Virus record (IMG/VR): IMGVR_UViG_3300020045_002893 | Location: 1-38,961 of that record | Source: a virus | Taxonomy: Duplodnaviria > Caudoviricetes | DNA length: 38,961 nucleotides | Reading direction: 5' to 3' (one strand) | In this document: positions 15,864-25,596 of the stretch, one piece after another | Position numbering within the stretch: the first letter of the stretch is position 1 | Layout: every line of letters begins with the position of its first letter | Position numbers and translations under genes: made by a program | The notes under the pieces: generated by a model | What the model was told of the DNA's origin: nothing | The model's input: the letters and a program-made list of their open reading frames with translations, nothing else | Database searches by the model: none

Positions 15864-16638
15864 GGCGAAGATCGTCGCGGCACAGGGGCGCTACGTTGAC
15901 CGGGTGGCGCAGAACTTCCGCGCGCGGATCGAGCGGGAACTGACAGCCGCGACAGAGGAAGCCGTGCGGTTTTGGCAACTCACGGGCACCGTGCCGATGA
16001 TCCCCACGGAACGGTTGACGCAGATCTATGCCGGGCTGATCGAGGAAGCGGTATTGGCTTTCGTGTCTGGCGTGAAGTCGCACGGCGTACCGCTGGAAGC
16101 AAAATCCTTCGCGGATATCATGCGCAACATCGCCCGCGCTTTCATTGGTCAGGAAGCCATTCGCCGCCGCATCGTCGGGGTGGCCAACACAACGCGCGCC
16201 ATCATCATTCGGCAGGTGGATGCGGGGTATGCCGAAGGGCTGGGCGTGGCCGAGATTGCCAAGAGCATCACCGAGGAAGCGCCCCGCATTTCGCGCACCC
16301 GTGCGGCCCTGATATCCCGCACCGAAACGCATGGCGCGGCAAACTATGGCGCGTGGCAAGCGGCGAAGCAATCCGGCGTGCCGATGGAGAAGGAATGGGT
16401 ATCCGTCGAGGATCACCGCACCCGCCGGTTTTCCGAGGGCGACGAATTTGACCACGCCATGATGAACGGCGTGCGCGTGGGGATGGATGAACCGTTCCAG
16501 CTTCCCATGCGGGACGGGTCCATTGCGCTGGCGCTGTATCCCGGCGACCCGGCGGCCCCTGCGGCGTGTTCGATCAACTGCCGCTGCGCCCTGACGTTTG
16601 AGGTATCGCTTGACAGCCTCTTGGACGGCATCCTGTAG
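15853..16638 (+). CDS. minor head/head morphogenesis protein (SPP1 gp7/MuF-like)
   Basis: RAALISRTET...KEWVSVEDHRTR...PGDP...INCRC. Confidence 0.9.
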   Translation: MVSKAKIVAAQGRYVDRVAQNFRARIERELTAATEEAVRFWQLTGTVPMIPTERLTQIYAGLIEEAVLAFVSGVKSHGVPLEAKSFADIMRNIARAFIGQEAIRRRIVGVANTTRAIIIRQVDAGYAEGLGVAEIAKSITEEAPRISRTRAALISRTETHGAANYGAWQAAKQSGVPMEKEWVSVEDHRTRRFSEGDEFDHAMMNGVRVGMDEPFQLPMRDGSIALALYPGDPAAPAACSINCRCALTFEVSLDSLLDGIL

Positions 16639-16659
16639 CGTGTATTCCCATGCCGCAGG

Positions 16660-16673
16660 CGATATGATATAAC
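16660..16673 (+). promoter_or_regulatory. late-promoter motif
   Basis: CGATATGATATAAC (extended -10-like) upstream of the protease/capsid genes. Confidence 0.65.
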
Positions 16674-16698
16674 ACGCAAAACGAGCGCAGGTAACAGA

Positions 16699-17358
16699 AT
16701 GACCGGGCAGGCCATGCAGCACAAATCTACCGCGTTCGAGATGAAACGCGAACCGGACGAGGACGGCGTTTTCGAGGGATACGCCAGCATCTTTGACGTG
16801 GTCGATCAGGGCATGGATACCGTTGCGCCCGGCGCGTTCACCAAGAGCCTTTCCGTCCGCATGCCCAAGATGCTGTGGCAGCACGACACGACCAAGGTCA
16901 TCGGCGTGTGGGACGTGGTGCAAGAGGACGTGCGCGGGCTGTTCGTACGTGGGCGGCTGCTGAAAGACGTGCAGCAGGGCCGCGAGGCTATGGCGCTGAT
17001 GAAGGTCGGCGCGATTGACAGCATGTCAATTGGCTACCGCACGATTGAGGCCGCACCGGAAGCGGGTGGCCGGGTGCGCAAGCTGATGGAGGTGGAACTG
17101 CATGAGGTATCCCTTGTGACGTTCCCGATGCTGCCCGATGCGCGGATTACTGATGTGAAGTCCATCGGGACGGAACGGGAATTTGAGGCGTTTCTGCGGG
17201 ATGCAGGATACAGCCGCAAGGAGGCCGCAGCCATCACGCTGCACGGCTTCAAGGCCATCACCGGGCAGCGGGATGCTGGGCAGGGCGATGCGCAGACCGA
17301 GGGCTTCGCGACCCTTATGACGCAAATCCAACAGCTACAGGGGAAAATCCATGGCTGA
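16699..17358 (+). CDS. HK97-family prohead protease
   Basis: FEGYASIF, MLWQHD, MSIGY, EVSLVTFPM. Confidence 0.95.
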   Translation: MTGQAMQHKSTAFEMKREPDEDGVFEGYASIFDVVDQGMDTVAPGAFTKSLSVRMPKMLWQHDTTKVIGVWDVVQEDVRGLFVRGRLLKDVQQGREAMALMKVGAIDSMSIGYRTIEAAPEAGGRVRKLMEVELHEVSLVTFPMLPDARITDVKSIGTEREFEAFLRDAGYSRKEAAAITLHGFKAITGQRDAGQGDAQTEGFATLMTQIQQLQGKIHG

Positions 17359-18664
17359 CGAACTCGAAATGAAGGCCGTTGCCGAAGCGGTCAAGGAAAT
17401 CAACAAGACATGGGACGCCCAGAAGGCCGCGCTGGCCGAAATGGACGCCGAGGTCAAGAAACTCGGCGACGAACGTCCCGAAACCAAGGCCAAGCTGGAA
17501 AAGATGGAGGCCGATATCGTGCGGCTTTCCGAGGTGACCGAGGAGGCCGTGCTGGCCGCCAAGCGCCAATCGCGCGTGGTGACCGACGAAAAAGGCAACG
17601 CTGTCGATCTGGACGCCAAGGCCCGTGACTGGGCGCGCGCTGTCACCGCCCGCACTGGCGCATCGCTGGATGAAAAGGGCTTCAACGCCGCATCGCTGGA
17701 CGAATACAAGGCCGCGTTCAACCGGCTGGTTCGCCTGAACCTCGACCACACCCGCCTGTCGGAAGCGGAGCGCAAAACGCTGTCGGTCGGCACCGACACG
17801 GACGGCGGCTATTTCGTGCACCCCGATCTGTCGGGCCGCATGGTGGCGAAGATCTACGAAACCTCCGCCGTGCGCGCCTATGCTTCGGTGCAGGTCATCA
17901 GCACGGATGCGCTGGAAGGCTACTACGACAACAACGAAGTGGGCTTTGGCTGGGTTTCCGAACTGGAAGCCCGACCGGCAACCACGACCCCGGCTGTCGG
18001 CAAGTGGCGCATTCCCGTGCATGAAATGTACGCCATGCCGGAAGCCTCGCAGAAGATCCTCGACGATGCCGAAGTGGACATGGAGGCATGGCTGGCTGGC
18101 AAGATCGCGGATCGCTTTGCGCGCGCCGAAAACAACGCCTTCGTGGTCGGCAACGGCGTGGGCAAGCCGCGCGGCTTCCTCGACTACCCGGATGGGTCGG
18201 ATCTGGTGACTTCGGTTGCCCGCTTCAAAACCGGCGTCAACGGGGCCTTCGCTGCCGCTCCGAATGGCGGCGACGTGCTGATCAACGCGCTGTACAACCT
18301 GAAGGCGCAGTACCGCGCCAACGCGACGTGGTTCATGAACCGCGCCACCACTGGCCTGACCCGCAAGCTGAAAGACAGCGACGGGGCCTATCTGTGGTCG
18401 CCGGGCATCGCTGCGGGCCAGCCTGCCAGCATTCTTGGCTATCCCATGGCGGCGTTCGAGGACATGCCGTCCCCGGCAACAGGTTCGCTGTCCATCGCTG
18501 TGGGTGACCTGCGGCAGGCGTATCAGGTGGTTGACCGCATGGGCGTGCGCATGCTGCGTGACCCCTACTCGGCCAAGCCGAAGGTGCAGTTCTATGCCAC
18601 CAAGCGCACCGGCGGCGACATGATTAACGGCGAGGCGCTGAGCTTCGTTGAATTCTCGGCCTGA
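17351..18664 (+). CDS. major capsid protein, HK97 fold
   Basis: Coiled-coil delta domain, DGGYFV, GNGVGKPRGFL, LKDSDGAYLW, RDPYSAKPKVQFY. Confidence 0.97.
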   Translation: MADELEMKAVAEAVKEINKTWDAQKAALAEMDAEVKKLGDERPETKAKLEKMEADIVRLSEVTEEAVLAAKRQSRVVTDEKGNAVDLDAKARDWARAVTARTGASLDEKGFNAASLDEYKAAFNRLVRLNLDHTRLSEAERKTLSVGTDTDGGYFVHPDLSGRMVAKIYETSAVRAYASVQVISTDALEGYYDNNEVGFGWVSELEARPATTTPAVGKWRIPVHEMYAMPEASQKILDDAEVDMEAWLAGKIADRFARAENNAFVVGNGVGKPRGFLDYPDGSDLVTSVARFKTGVNGAFAAAPNGGDVLINALYNLKAQYRANATWFMNRATTGLTRKLKDSDGAYLWSPGIAAGQPASILGYPMAAFEDMPSPATGSLSIAVGDLRQAYQVVDRMGVRMLRDPYSAKPKVQFYATKRTGGDMINGEALSFVEFSA

Positions 18665-18670
18665 TCGCAT

Positions 18671-18697
18671 GGCGGGGCTGTAATGGCCCTGCCTTTC
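18671..18697 (+). terminator. hairpin after the capsid gene
   Basis: GGCGGGGC-tGTAAtg-GCCCTGCC with a short T run. Confidence 0.45.
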
Positions 18698-18725
18698 CCC
18701 TGACACGCAACATAGGAGAAACCCC

Positions 18726-19169
18726 ATGCGTGACGGAATTTCCAATCTCCAGCTGGTCGATCTTTCGACTGACACGCTGGCGGGCACCACGCCCAACGCT
18801 TCGGCATGGCTTGATACCAAGGGCTATGACAGCGCATCGATCATCGTGCTGACCGGCGCTGTGACCGACGCTGGCACCACGGCGGGTTTCACGGCCACGC
18901 TGCAAGAGAGCGACCTGACCACGGATGCCAGCGCCACCGCTGTTGCGGCTGCTGACTGCGTGGGCGGCGTCAACACCGTGACCGTCACTTCGGACACGGC
19001 TGACAACGTGATCGCGGGCAAGATCGGCTACAACGGCAACGCCCGGTACATCCGCGTCAACTACGTGGGCACCACCGGCACTGATGCCATCGTGCGGACC
19101 ATCGGCATGCTGGGCGAACCGTCCAAGGCCCCCACGACCTTCATCGGCGCATCGGTCGCGGCCACCTGA
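18726..19169 (+). CDS. putative capsid decoration/cement protein
   Basis: Thr/Ala/Gly-rich beta protein after the capsid gene (LDTKGY...LQESD...GYNGNARYIRV); AGGAG RBS. Confidence 0.7.
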   Translation: MRDGISNLQLVDLSTDTLAGTTPNASAWLDTKGYDSASIIVLTGAVTDAGTTAGFTATLQESDLTTDASATAVAAADCVGGVNTVTVTSDTADNVIAGKIGYNGNARYIRVNYVGTTGTDAIVRTIGMLGEPSKAPTTFIGASVAAT

Positions 19170-19221
19170 ATTTTGCGAGGGGCTGGGCAACTGGCCCCTT
19201 TCCAAAGTACAGGAGAACAGC

Positions 19222-19413
19222 ATGCGGGTCATCCTTCACATCGATTACCGCTGCGCGCCTGAGGGCAGCGTGGTGCAGTCCTACAAGGCGGGCGATGAAC
19301 TCACCGGCAAGGCCGCACAGCTTGCGCTTGATGACGGCGTGGGCTTTGTGCCTGTCGAGGAAACCAAGCCCGCCGCGCCGCTGGAAAACAAGGCCAAGCG
19401 GGGCCGCAAATGA
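19222..19413 (+). CDS. small virion-associated hypothetical protein
   Basis: AGGAG RBS; basic tail; typical position. Confidence 0.7.
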   Translation: MRVILHIDYRCAPEGSVVQSYKAGDELTGKAAQLALDDGVGFVPVEETKPAAPLENKAKRGRK

Positions 19414-20090
19414 GCCTGCGCCAGCCCGTCCAGTTGCAGCCATATCGCGGGCATGTGCTGGTGACGCCGCCTGCGGTGGAGCCTGTGACGCTGAATAGCG
19501 TGAAGGCCACGCTGTCACTGGAAGGCACGTGCGACGATGAGATGATTATGGAATTCATCAGCGCGGCGCGGACCTATATCGAGGAAGTGACGGGGCTGGC
19601 GATGATTTCGCAGGTCTGGCTTTTGTCGCTGGACCGCTGGCCTTCGGGGCAGGAGCCGTGGTGGGATGGCTGGCGGCAGGGGTCGCGGATGGAGTTGACC
19701 GGGCCGGGTAGCTGGGGGCCGCTGGTCATGCCGCGCTACCCGCTGCAATCCGTGGATGACGTCGAGACGTTCAATGAGACCGGCAACGGCACGATGGTCA
19801 ACATCGGCGCGACGTTCGACGTTGACGTGTACCAGAGGCCGGGCCGCGTATCGCTAAAGCAGGGGGCAACGTGGCCCATTGCCATGCGCAGCACCGATGC
19901 TATCCGGATGACCTACACAGCGGGATATGGCGATGCTGCGGCCAGCGTTCCGGCCCCTCTGCGGACGGCTGTGCGGCAGATGGCGCTGTATCTCTACACG
20001 CACCGGGGCGATGGCTGCGATGTGGGCAGCGCGTACCGTGACAGCGGCGCGGCTGGCATGGCCGATGCGTACAAGGTGGCGCGGCTGTGA
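19410..20090 (+). CDS. head-tail connector (phiE125 gp8-like adaptor)
   Basis: TPPAVEPVTL...ISAARTYIE...YTAGYG...VPAPLR. Confidence 0.9.
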   Translation: MSLRQPVQLQPYRGHVLVTPPAVEPVTLNSVKATLSLEGTCDDEMIMEFISAARTYIEEVTGLAMISQVWLLSLDRWPSGQEPWWDGWRQGSRMELTGPGSWGPLVMPRYPLQSVDDVETFNETGNGTMVNIGATFDVDVYQRPGRVSLKQGATWPIAMRSTDAIRMTYTAGYGDAAASVPAPLRTAVRQMALYLYTHRGDGCDVGSAYRDSGAAGMADAYKVARL

Positions 20091-20854
20091 GCTTCCCAAG
20101 CCCCTTTGACGTTGGACGTGACATTGCGGCGGGGCTGTCCAGCTTCATCAAGCACGGCAACAACGCCGATGTGGGGAGCACGTACGAACCTGTCGCCACG
20201 TCGGGGCATGTGGAACTGCGCCCGCCGTCTGGCGCGGCACCTCTGCGCATCGTGTCGAGCAATGCAGGCGATACCGCCGCAGGGCTTGGCGCACGGTCTG
20301 TCATGCTGACGGGGCTGGACGCGCAGGGCAACACGATCACCGAAACGCTGGCCATGAGCGGCACAACCCCAAGCGCATACACCACACGGGCGTTCTGGCG
20401 GCTGAATTTCGTGGATGTGCTGGCATCCGGCACCTATGCCAACGCGGCTGCGGGGTCGCATCTGGGCAACCTCACCGTGAGCGACAGCACAGCGGCGATC
20501 TGGGCCGTCATGCTGCTGAATGGCTATGCCAATTCCCGCTGGCAATCGTGCTGGTACACCGTGCCGAATGGGGTCCGCGCCTTCGTCAATGGCTACCGGG
20601 TCGGCGTGGAAAGCAACAAGACGGCCAACGTGAAGTTGCTGGCCCGGCGCGATGCGCTGACAGGGGCCGCGCCGTTCGCGCCCATGATGGAGTTGACCGA
20701 ATTGACCGGCGTTGCGGGCAGTATCGACGTGGATCTGCCGTTCGTGTTCGGCCCGCTGCCTGCCTGCACCGACATTGGGGCAATCGCGCAGATGGAAGCC
20801 ACGTCCGGGCGGGTGTCGGTCGATTTCGACCTTATCTTGGAGCGTGCGGGATGA
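20087..20854 (+). CDS. putative virion structural protein
   Basis: Beta-rich ORF coupled between the adaptor and stopper genes (SSNAGDTAAGLGARSV...GLDA...YTVPNG). Confidence 0.7.
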   Translation: MSFPSPFDVGRDIAAGLSSFIKHGNNADVGSTYEPVATSGHVELRPPSGAAPLRIVSSNAGDTAAGLGARSVMLTGLDAQGNTITETLAMSGTTPSAYTTRAFWRLNFVDVLASGTYANAAAGSHLGNLTVSDSTAAIWAVMLLNGYANSRWQSCWYTVPNGVRAFVNGYRVGVESNKTANVKLLARRDALTGAAPFAPMMELTELTGVAGSIDVDLPFVFGPLPACTDIGAIAQMEATSGRVSVDFDLILERAG

Positions 20855-21195
20855 CGTGCTGCAAATACACCGCCGGGCAGTTGCGCGAGATCATCGCCGT
20901 ACAGGCCAGTACGCGGGCTTCTGATGGGCAAGGCGGCTTCACGGTCACATGGGCCGCGCTGGCGGGGGCATCCACGCGGGCGATGATTACAGCCGCGCCG
21001 GGCAGTGAGCGGTGGGGCTTCATGCGCCAGGTGCCGGGCAACACCTACAAGATGGTGACGCGGTATTTCCCCGGCGCATCGGCGGCGCAGCGGATCATCT
21101 GGCGCGGTGGCGAATATGCCGTGCTTGGTGTGGTTGATCCCGACGCGCGGGGCGATTGGCTGGAATGGCGGATTTCGGACGGGGTGGCATCATGA
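20851..21195 (+). CDS. head closure (stopper) protein
   Basis: AGQLRE...SDGQGG...W...RIIWRG..Y.V..V.D.D. Confidence 0.85.
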   Translation: MTCCKYTAGQLREIIAVQASTRASDGQGGFTVTWAALAGASTRAMITAAPGSERWGFMRQVPGNTYKMVTRYFPGASAAQRIIWRGGEYAVLGVVDPDARGDWLEWRISDGVAS

Positions 21196-21491
21196 CTGCG
21201 GTAGAATTGCGCATTACTGGACCAAGCGGCTTGCTGCTGTGGCTTGATCCCGATGACACCGTGCAAGTCCCCATGGCGCTGAGCGAACGGGTTCTGTGCC
21301 GCCAAGCGCTGATGGACGCGCTTTCGTTGTTGGATCAGACCGAGCCGCGACGTGTGGCGGTGAAAGAGCCGGACCCGATCATCCGCGCAAGGCCATGGTG
21401 GCCGTTCAGGATGCCAGAGCCAGCCGTGAACCCATACCAGCCCGTTGCAAGCTGTCCGACAACGCCCCCACCGCCAAAGCCAAAAGGATAA
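21192..21491 (+). CDS. hypothetical protein inserted in the neck module
   Basis: ATGA-coupled; Pro-rich tail; flanked by a CATCATGAC direct repeat. Confidence 0.55.
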   Translation: MTAVELRITGPSGLLLWLDPDDTVQVPMALSERVLCRQALMDALSLLDQTEPRRVAVKEPDPIIRARPWWPFRMPEPAVNPYQPVASCPTTPPPPKPKG

Positions 21492-21495
21492 CATC

Positions 21496-21948
21496 ATGAC
21501 CAGCATCGGCGTTGAAATGGGCGGAATGAAGGAGTTGCTGGCGCAGATCGGCGCGGCGACGGGCAAGGCGGATGCGGTGGTGCTGGCGGTTGTCACCAAG
21601 ATGACCACAGACACGCGCAACAACGCCGTGCGGGGCATCCAGCGCGGGCCGAAGTCGGGCGATACCTACGAGGGCAAGGCCCCCAAGCGCACGCACAAGG
21701 CGTCCGCCCCGGGCCAGTACCCGGCCAGCGATACGGGGCGTCTGGCGTCCAGCGTCAACATGGTGCTGCCGACGCCGGGCAGTCCTGTGGGCTTCGTGGG
21801 CACTGATGTGCAATACGGCCCGTGGCTGGAATTCGGCACGTCCAAGATGGCGGCGCGCCCGTGGCTGCTGCCATCGTTCAACAAGGCGCGGGCGACTGTC
21901 GAGACGGAATTGAAACGCAAATGGGAGGCGAAGGGCAATGGGATTTGA
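21496..21948 (+). CDS. HK97 gp10-like tail-completion protein
   Basis: ASAPGQYPASDTGRLASS...LEFGTSKMAARPWLLP. Confidence 0.9.
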   Translation: MTSIGVEMGGMKELLAQIGAATGKADAVVLAVVTKMTTDTRNNAVRGIQRGPKSGDTYEGKAPKRTHKASAPGQYPASDTGRLASSVNMVLPTPGSPVGFVGTDVQYGPWLEFGTSKMAARPWLLPSFNKARATVETELKRKWEAKGNGI

Positions 21949-22339
21949 GAACGCCGCGCAGCAAATCGTGTTCACGGCCCTGAATGGCGCTGTGGGCTGC
22001 ACCGTGTTTGATACCGCGCCGTTCCTGCCCGAAGCCGCACCGGCCACCTCGTTCCCGTACTGCGTCATTGGCGACGACACGCTGGACCCGTGGGATACCG
22101 ACGATCAGGTGGGGGCATCGGTATCCGTCACGCTGCATTTCTGGTCGCGCGCGGAAGGTATGGCACAGGTCAAGGGGTTGATGGGCAACGCCTACGACCT
22201 GTTGAACCGGGCCGCGCTGACCAAAGCCGGATACAACGTGGTCGATTGCCTGTTTGAATTCAGCACGGCCATGAATGACCCGGACGGCAAAACGAAACAC
22301 GGGATCGCGCGCTACAGGCTGACGATACAGCGCGTCTAG
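21938..22339 (+). CDS. tail terminator (DUF3168)
   Basis: FPYCVIG...WDT...TLHFWSR...DPDGKTKHG. Confidence 0.88.
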   Translation: MGFENAAQQIVFTALNGAVGCTVFDTAPFLPEAAPATSFPYCVIGDDTLDPWDTDDQVGASVSVTLHFWSRAEGMAQVKGLMGNAYDLLNRAALTKAGYNVVDCLFEFSTAMNDPDGKTKHGIARYRLTIQRV

Positions 22340-22351
22340 CCCGATGCGGAA

Positions 22352-22365
22352 CGATATGCTATAAC
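22352..22365 (+). promoter_or_regulatory. late-promoter motif
   Basis: CGATATGCTATAAC upstream of the tail tube gene. Confidence 0.65.
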
Positions 22366-22390
22366 GTGACAAACCCATAGGAGACGGAAA

Positions 22391-22795
22391 ATGGCAGGAT
22401 TTAGCGGTCGGGAAATGACGGTGGACTGGGATGCGGTCACGCTGGTTGGCGTTCGCACCAAAGGTTTCACCGTCAACAACGAATATGTTGACGTGACGAC
22501 CGACGATGACAACGGCTGGCGGACCCTGCTGTCCACTCCGGGCCTGCGTTCGGTCGAGGTGACGGCGGCGGGTATCACGTCCAGCGAAACCCTTCTGGCG
22601 GCAATCATGGCGGCCGACATTTCCGGCGAAACGCTGACGATGAACCTGCCGTCCAGCCTTGCCAACCCCGGCACGCTGGAAGGCACGTTCCTTGTGTCCA
22701 GCTATGAACAGACCGGCGAACATGACGGCGCGGTTGAATTCACCGCCACATTCATGAGCACGGGCGCTGTCACGCGCACGGCATCGACTGCATGA
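22391..22795 (+). CDS. major tail tube protein (TP901-1/GTA-like)
   Basis: VDVTTDDDNGWRTLL..PGLRSV...GEHDGAVEF...STGAV. Confidence 0.92.
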   Translation: MAGFSGREMTVDWDAVTLVGVRTKGFTVNNEYVDVTTDDDNGWRTLLSTPGLRSVEVTAAGITSSETLLAAIMAADISGETLTMNLPSSLANPGTLEGTFLVSSYEQTGEHDGAVEFTATFMSTGAVTRTASTA

Positions 22796-23175
22796 TGCGG
22801 ACCATGACGGCGACCCTCGGCGGGCAGGAACTGGAGCTGGGCTGCACCTTTGGAGCGGCGGCTGATCTGGCGGCCAAGGTGGGAGACCCGCTGGCCATCG
22901 TGCGGGAAGCGCAGCTTGAGGCGATGATGGGCACCATCGGGCAGGTGTACAACCCGAAGTGGACCTTCACCGTCGCCAACGTGCCGCAGATCCTGCATAT
23001 CGGCATGAAGGCGGCTGGTTCCAAGCAGACGCTGGTGCAGGTGCAGGACATGGTGGCCGATGCGGGCTTTCTTGAGGCCAAGGCGGTTGCGCTGGACTAC
23101 ATCGCGGCCATCGTGACCCCGAAGGCGCAGGAAAAGGCCGACGATGCGGACGGAGACGACGCGCCGGGGGAGTGA
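22792..23175 (+). CDS. tail assembly chaperone (G-like)
   Basis: Between tube and tape measure genes; ends at the putative slippery site CCG GGG GAG TGA. Confidence 0.8.
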   Translation: MMRTMTATLGGQELELGCTFGAAADLAAKVGDPLAIVREAQLEAMMGTIGQVYNPKWTFTVANVPQILHIGMKAAGSKQTLVQVQDMVADAGFLEAKAVALDYIAAIVTPKAQEKADDADGDDAPGE

Positions 23176-23429
23176 CGTGGGCCGCCTTCACACGCACGGC
23201 CTACCAGGCGGCCCGTGGCTGGGGCATTCAGCCTAGCGAATTCTGGGCAATGTCGGTTTGGGAATGGTGGGCCGAACTGGACGCGAAGATTATCGAGAAC
23301 CGCAAGATCAGGGAAATGTCTGGCGGGCGCAAAGGCGGGGGCACGAATACGAGCTTCGCGCCAGCGGCATGGGCGGCAGCGCGGAAGCGGCACAAGGAAA
23401 AGATGAATGGCCGAACTGAGCGCGCTTAA
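23172..23429 (+). CDS. tail assembly chaperone (T-like, -1 frame)
   Basis: WGIQPSEFWAMSVWEW motif. Confidence 0.8.
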   Translation: MTWAAFTRTAYQAARGWGIQPSEFWAMSVWEWWAELDAKIIENRKIREMSGGRKGGGTNTSFAPAAWAAARKRHKEKMNGRTERA

Positions 23430-25596
23430 CGTACGGATCACAGGGGACGCCACAGACCTGCGCACCGCCGCTGTGCAGGCCACGACCAGCCTCAAAACCG
23501 TCGAGGATGCCACCGAGGGCGCGGCCAAGAAGGCCATCGTTCTCAAGGGCGATCTGGACAAGCTGGTTGACGCGACCGAGAAAGTAAGCGTCAAAACCCG
23601 CAAATTCGGGACCGACATGACCGGGCTTTACCCGGCCATTGACACGACTGGCACCAAGGCCGTTGCGCTGTCGGTCGGCTTGGACAAGCTGGGCGATGAA
23701 GCGGTGCAGACCGGCGCGGAACTGGCGCGCGTGGGCCAGAACGCAGTGCAAACCGGCAACGCCTTGGCCGTGGCGCAGACCAAAACGACGGCCATGGGTG
23801 CGTCTTTGGGCCGCCTGTCCAGCCTGTCAGGCAATGCGCGGGCGCAGATCCAGAATGTTGGCTACAACATTGCCGACATGGCCGTGCAATTCGACATGGG
23901 CACCAAGGCCACAACGATCTTTGCGCAGCAGGGTTCGCAGATCCTTGGCGCATTCGGGCCTGTGGGGGCTATTCTGGGCGCTATGGCGGCCATCACGCTG
24001 CCTTTGCTGGGGGCTGCGCTTTCTTCTGGCGGGGCTAAAGCCGCCACGCTCGAGGACGCAATGGGGCGTCTGGGCGAGGCCCTTGACGCTTACGAGGGCT
24101 ATACCGCCGTCGCATCGGCATCCACGGCGGAACTGACTGAGAAATTCGGGGAATTTGCTGGGCAAATCCGGGGCTTTTCTGACTACATGGCCAGCGTTTC
24201 GCTGGGCCGCACGTTCGATGAACTTCGCGGCACGATTGACCTTGTGAAGGGTCCGCTTGCGGAAGTGCAAGCCGCCATGATGCAGGTAGCAGAGGCGCAG
24301 GCGTATCTTGACAGCATTCCGAAGGACGATGTGTTCGGCATCCTGAATGCGCAGGACGCCTTGGCGCTGTTCCAAGAGAAACTTGACGAGACGGCCCGCA
24401 AGATGGGGCTGTTGCCAGAGGAAGCGCTGCGACTGGCGGCAGCAATCGACCAAATCCGTCCGTCTGACAGCTTGGAGGACATGGCGCGGGCCGCTGCGAA
24501 TGCGCTTGCCGTGATCCGCCAGATTGAACCTGTCGGGGCTAGGTTGCCAGCGCCGTTGCGGGCGGCGGCTGCGGCCTTGGAGGACATGGCCAAGCGCGCG
24601 GCTGATGCAGCATCGGCGGGATGGGATGCTTCCGCTGCGATGCAGTCATTTGCCAACCTGACGGGCGTTGCCGAAACCGCAGCATCCGGGCTTTTGTCGC
24701 GCGTGCAAGCTGTTGCATCTGCCGCGTGGGACATGGCCGGGGCGCTGGGCGAGGCGCAACGCATGGCCGATCCGGCAAACTTTAAACTGGCCGGTGCCTA
24801 TGGCCTTTACGCATCCACGCGCCGGGCCGCGCCTGCTGTGGCACCTGTCGCGCGGCCTGAGAGTGGCGGCGGTGGTGGCGGTGCAGCCGGTGCAGCCGGT
24901 GAAAACCCGCTGGTGGCCGATATCGAGCAACTGCGGGAACAGCTTCTGACCAAGGAACAGCTTGAGATCGAAAGCTATGCCCGCCAGCACGAAACGTTGC
25001 TGGCCGCGTACGAGCAAAAGCTGATTACGCAGGAGGAATACAACGCGCTTCTGCAATCGTCGGAGTTGAACCACGCCAACGAAATGGCGCTTATCAAGGA
25101 GCGCGAGGCTGAAATGGTGCGCAGCGCGGCGCGCGGCATGTACGGCGAACTTGAGGGGTTGCTGGGCGCGTTCGGGCAGAAATCCAAGGCGGCGGCGATC
25201 CTTGCCATTGCGTTGAACAAGGGCTTGCGCATCGCGGAAATCATCCAGAACACGGCTGCGGCGCAGATGCGGGCCTATGCCGAACTGGGGCCGGTCGCGG
25301 GTGCGGCGGCGGCTGCGAAGATCGGCGCATACGGCAAAATTCAGGCGGGCATCGTCGCGGCAACCGGGCTGATGCAGGCCGGTGGCGGAGGGGGCGGCGG
25401 AAGCGGGGGCGGTTCGTCGATCGGCAGCGGATCAGATAGCGGCGGCGCGGCAGCAGCCCCTGCCCCGCTGGATGTTCGGTTGACGGGTGGCCTTGATCCG
25501 CGCACGCTGTATACTGGTCGGCAGATCAGCGAATTGCTTGAGGCGCTGACAGAAGAAGCGGGCGGCAGGGGCTTTCGTTTGGTGGTGGCGCGATGA
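23407..25596 (+). CDS. tape measure protein
   Basis: 729-aa Ala-rich helical protein; lambda-type segment QNVGYNIADMAVQ...FAQQGSQILGAFGP. Confidence 0.93.
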   Translation: MAELSALNVRITGDATDLRTAAVQATTSLKTVEDATEGAAKKAIVLKGDLDKLVDATEKVSVKTRKFGTDMTGLYPAIDTTGTKAVALSVGLDKLGDEAVQTGAELARVGQNAVQTGNALAVAQTKTTAMGASLGRLSSLSGNARAQIQNVGYNIADMAVQFDMGTKATTIFAQQGSQILGAFGPVGAILGAMAAITLPLLGAALSSGGAKAATLEDAMGRLGEALDAYEGYTAVASASTAELTEKFGEFAGQIRGFSDYMASVSLGRTFDELRGTIDLVKGPLAEVQAAMMQVAEAQAYLDSIPKDDVFGILNAQDALALFQEKLDETARKMGLLPEEALRLAAAIDQIRPSDSLEDMARAAANALAVIRQIEPVGARLPAPLRAAAAALEDMAKRAADAASAGWDASAAMQSFANLTGVAETAASGLLSRVQAVASAAWDMAGALGEAQRMADPANFKLAGAYGLYASTRRAAPAVAPVARPESGGGGGGAAGAAGENPLVADIEQLREQLLTKEQLEIESYARQHETLLAAYEQKLITQEEYNALLQSSELNHANEMALIKEREAEMVRSAARGMYGELEGLLGAFGQKSKAAAILAIALNKGLRIAEIIQNTAAAQMRAYAELGPVAGAAAAAKIGAYGKIQAGIVAATGLMQAGGGGGGGSGGGSSIGSGSDSGGAAAAPAPLDVRLTGGLDPRTLYTGRQISELLEALTEEAGGRGFRLVVAR

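Noticed and set aside
13554-18820. Long antisense ORFs over the terminase, portal and capsid genes (545, 457, 501 aa)
   Set aside because: Same shadow effect; the sense genes carry clear family motifs.
25381-25460. Gly/Ser-rich low-complexity repeat in the tape measure gene
   Set aside because: An ordinary flexible linker.
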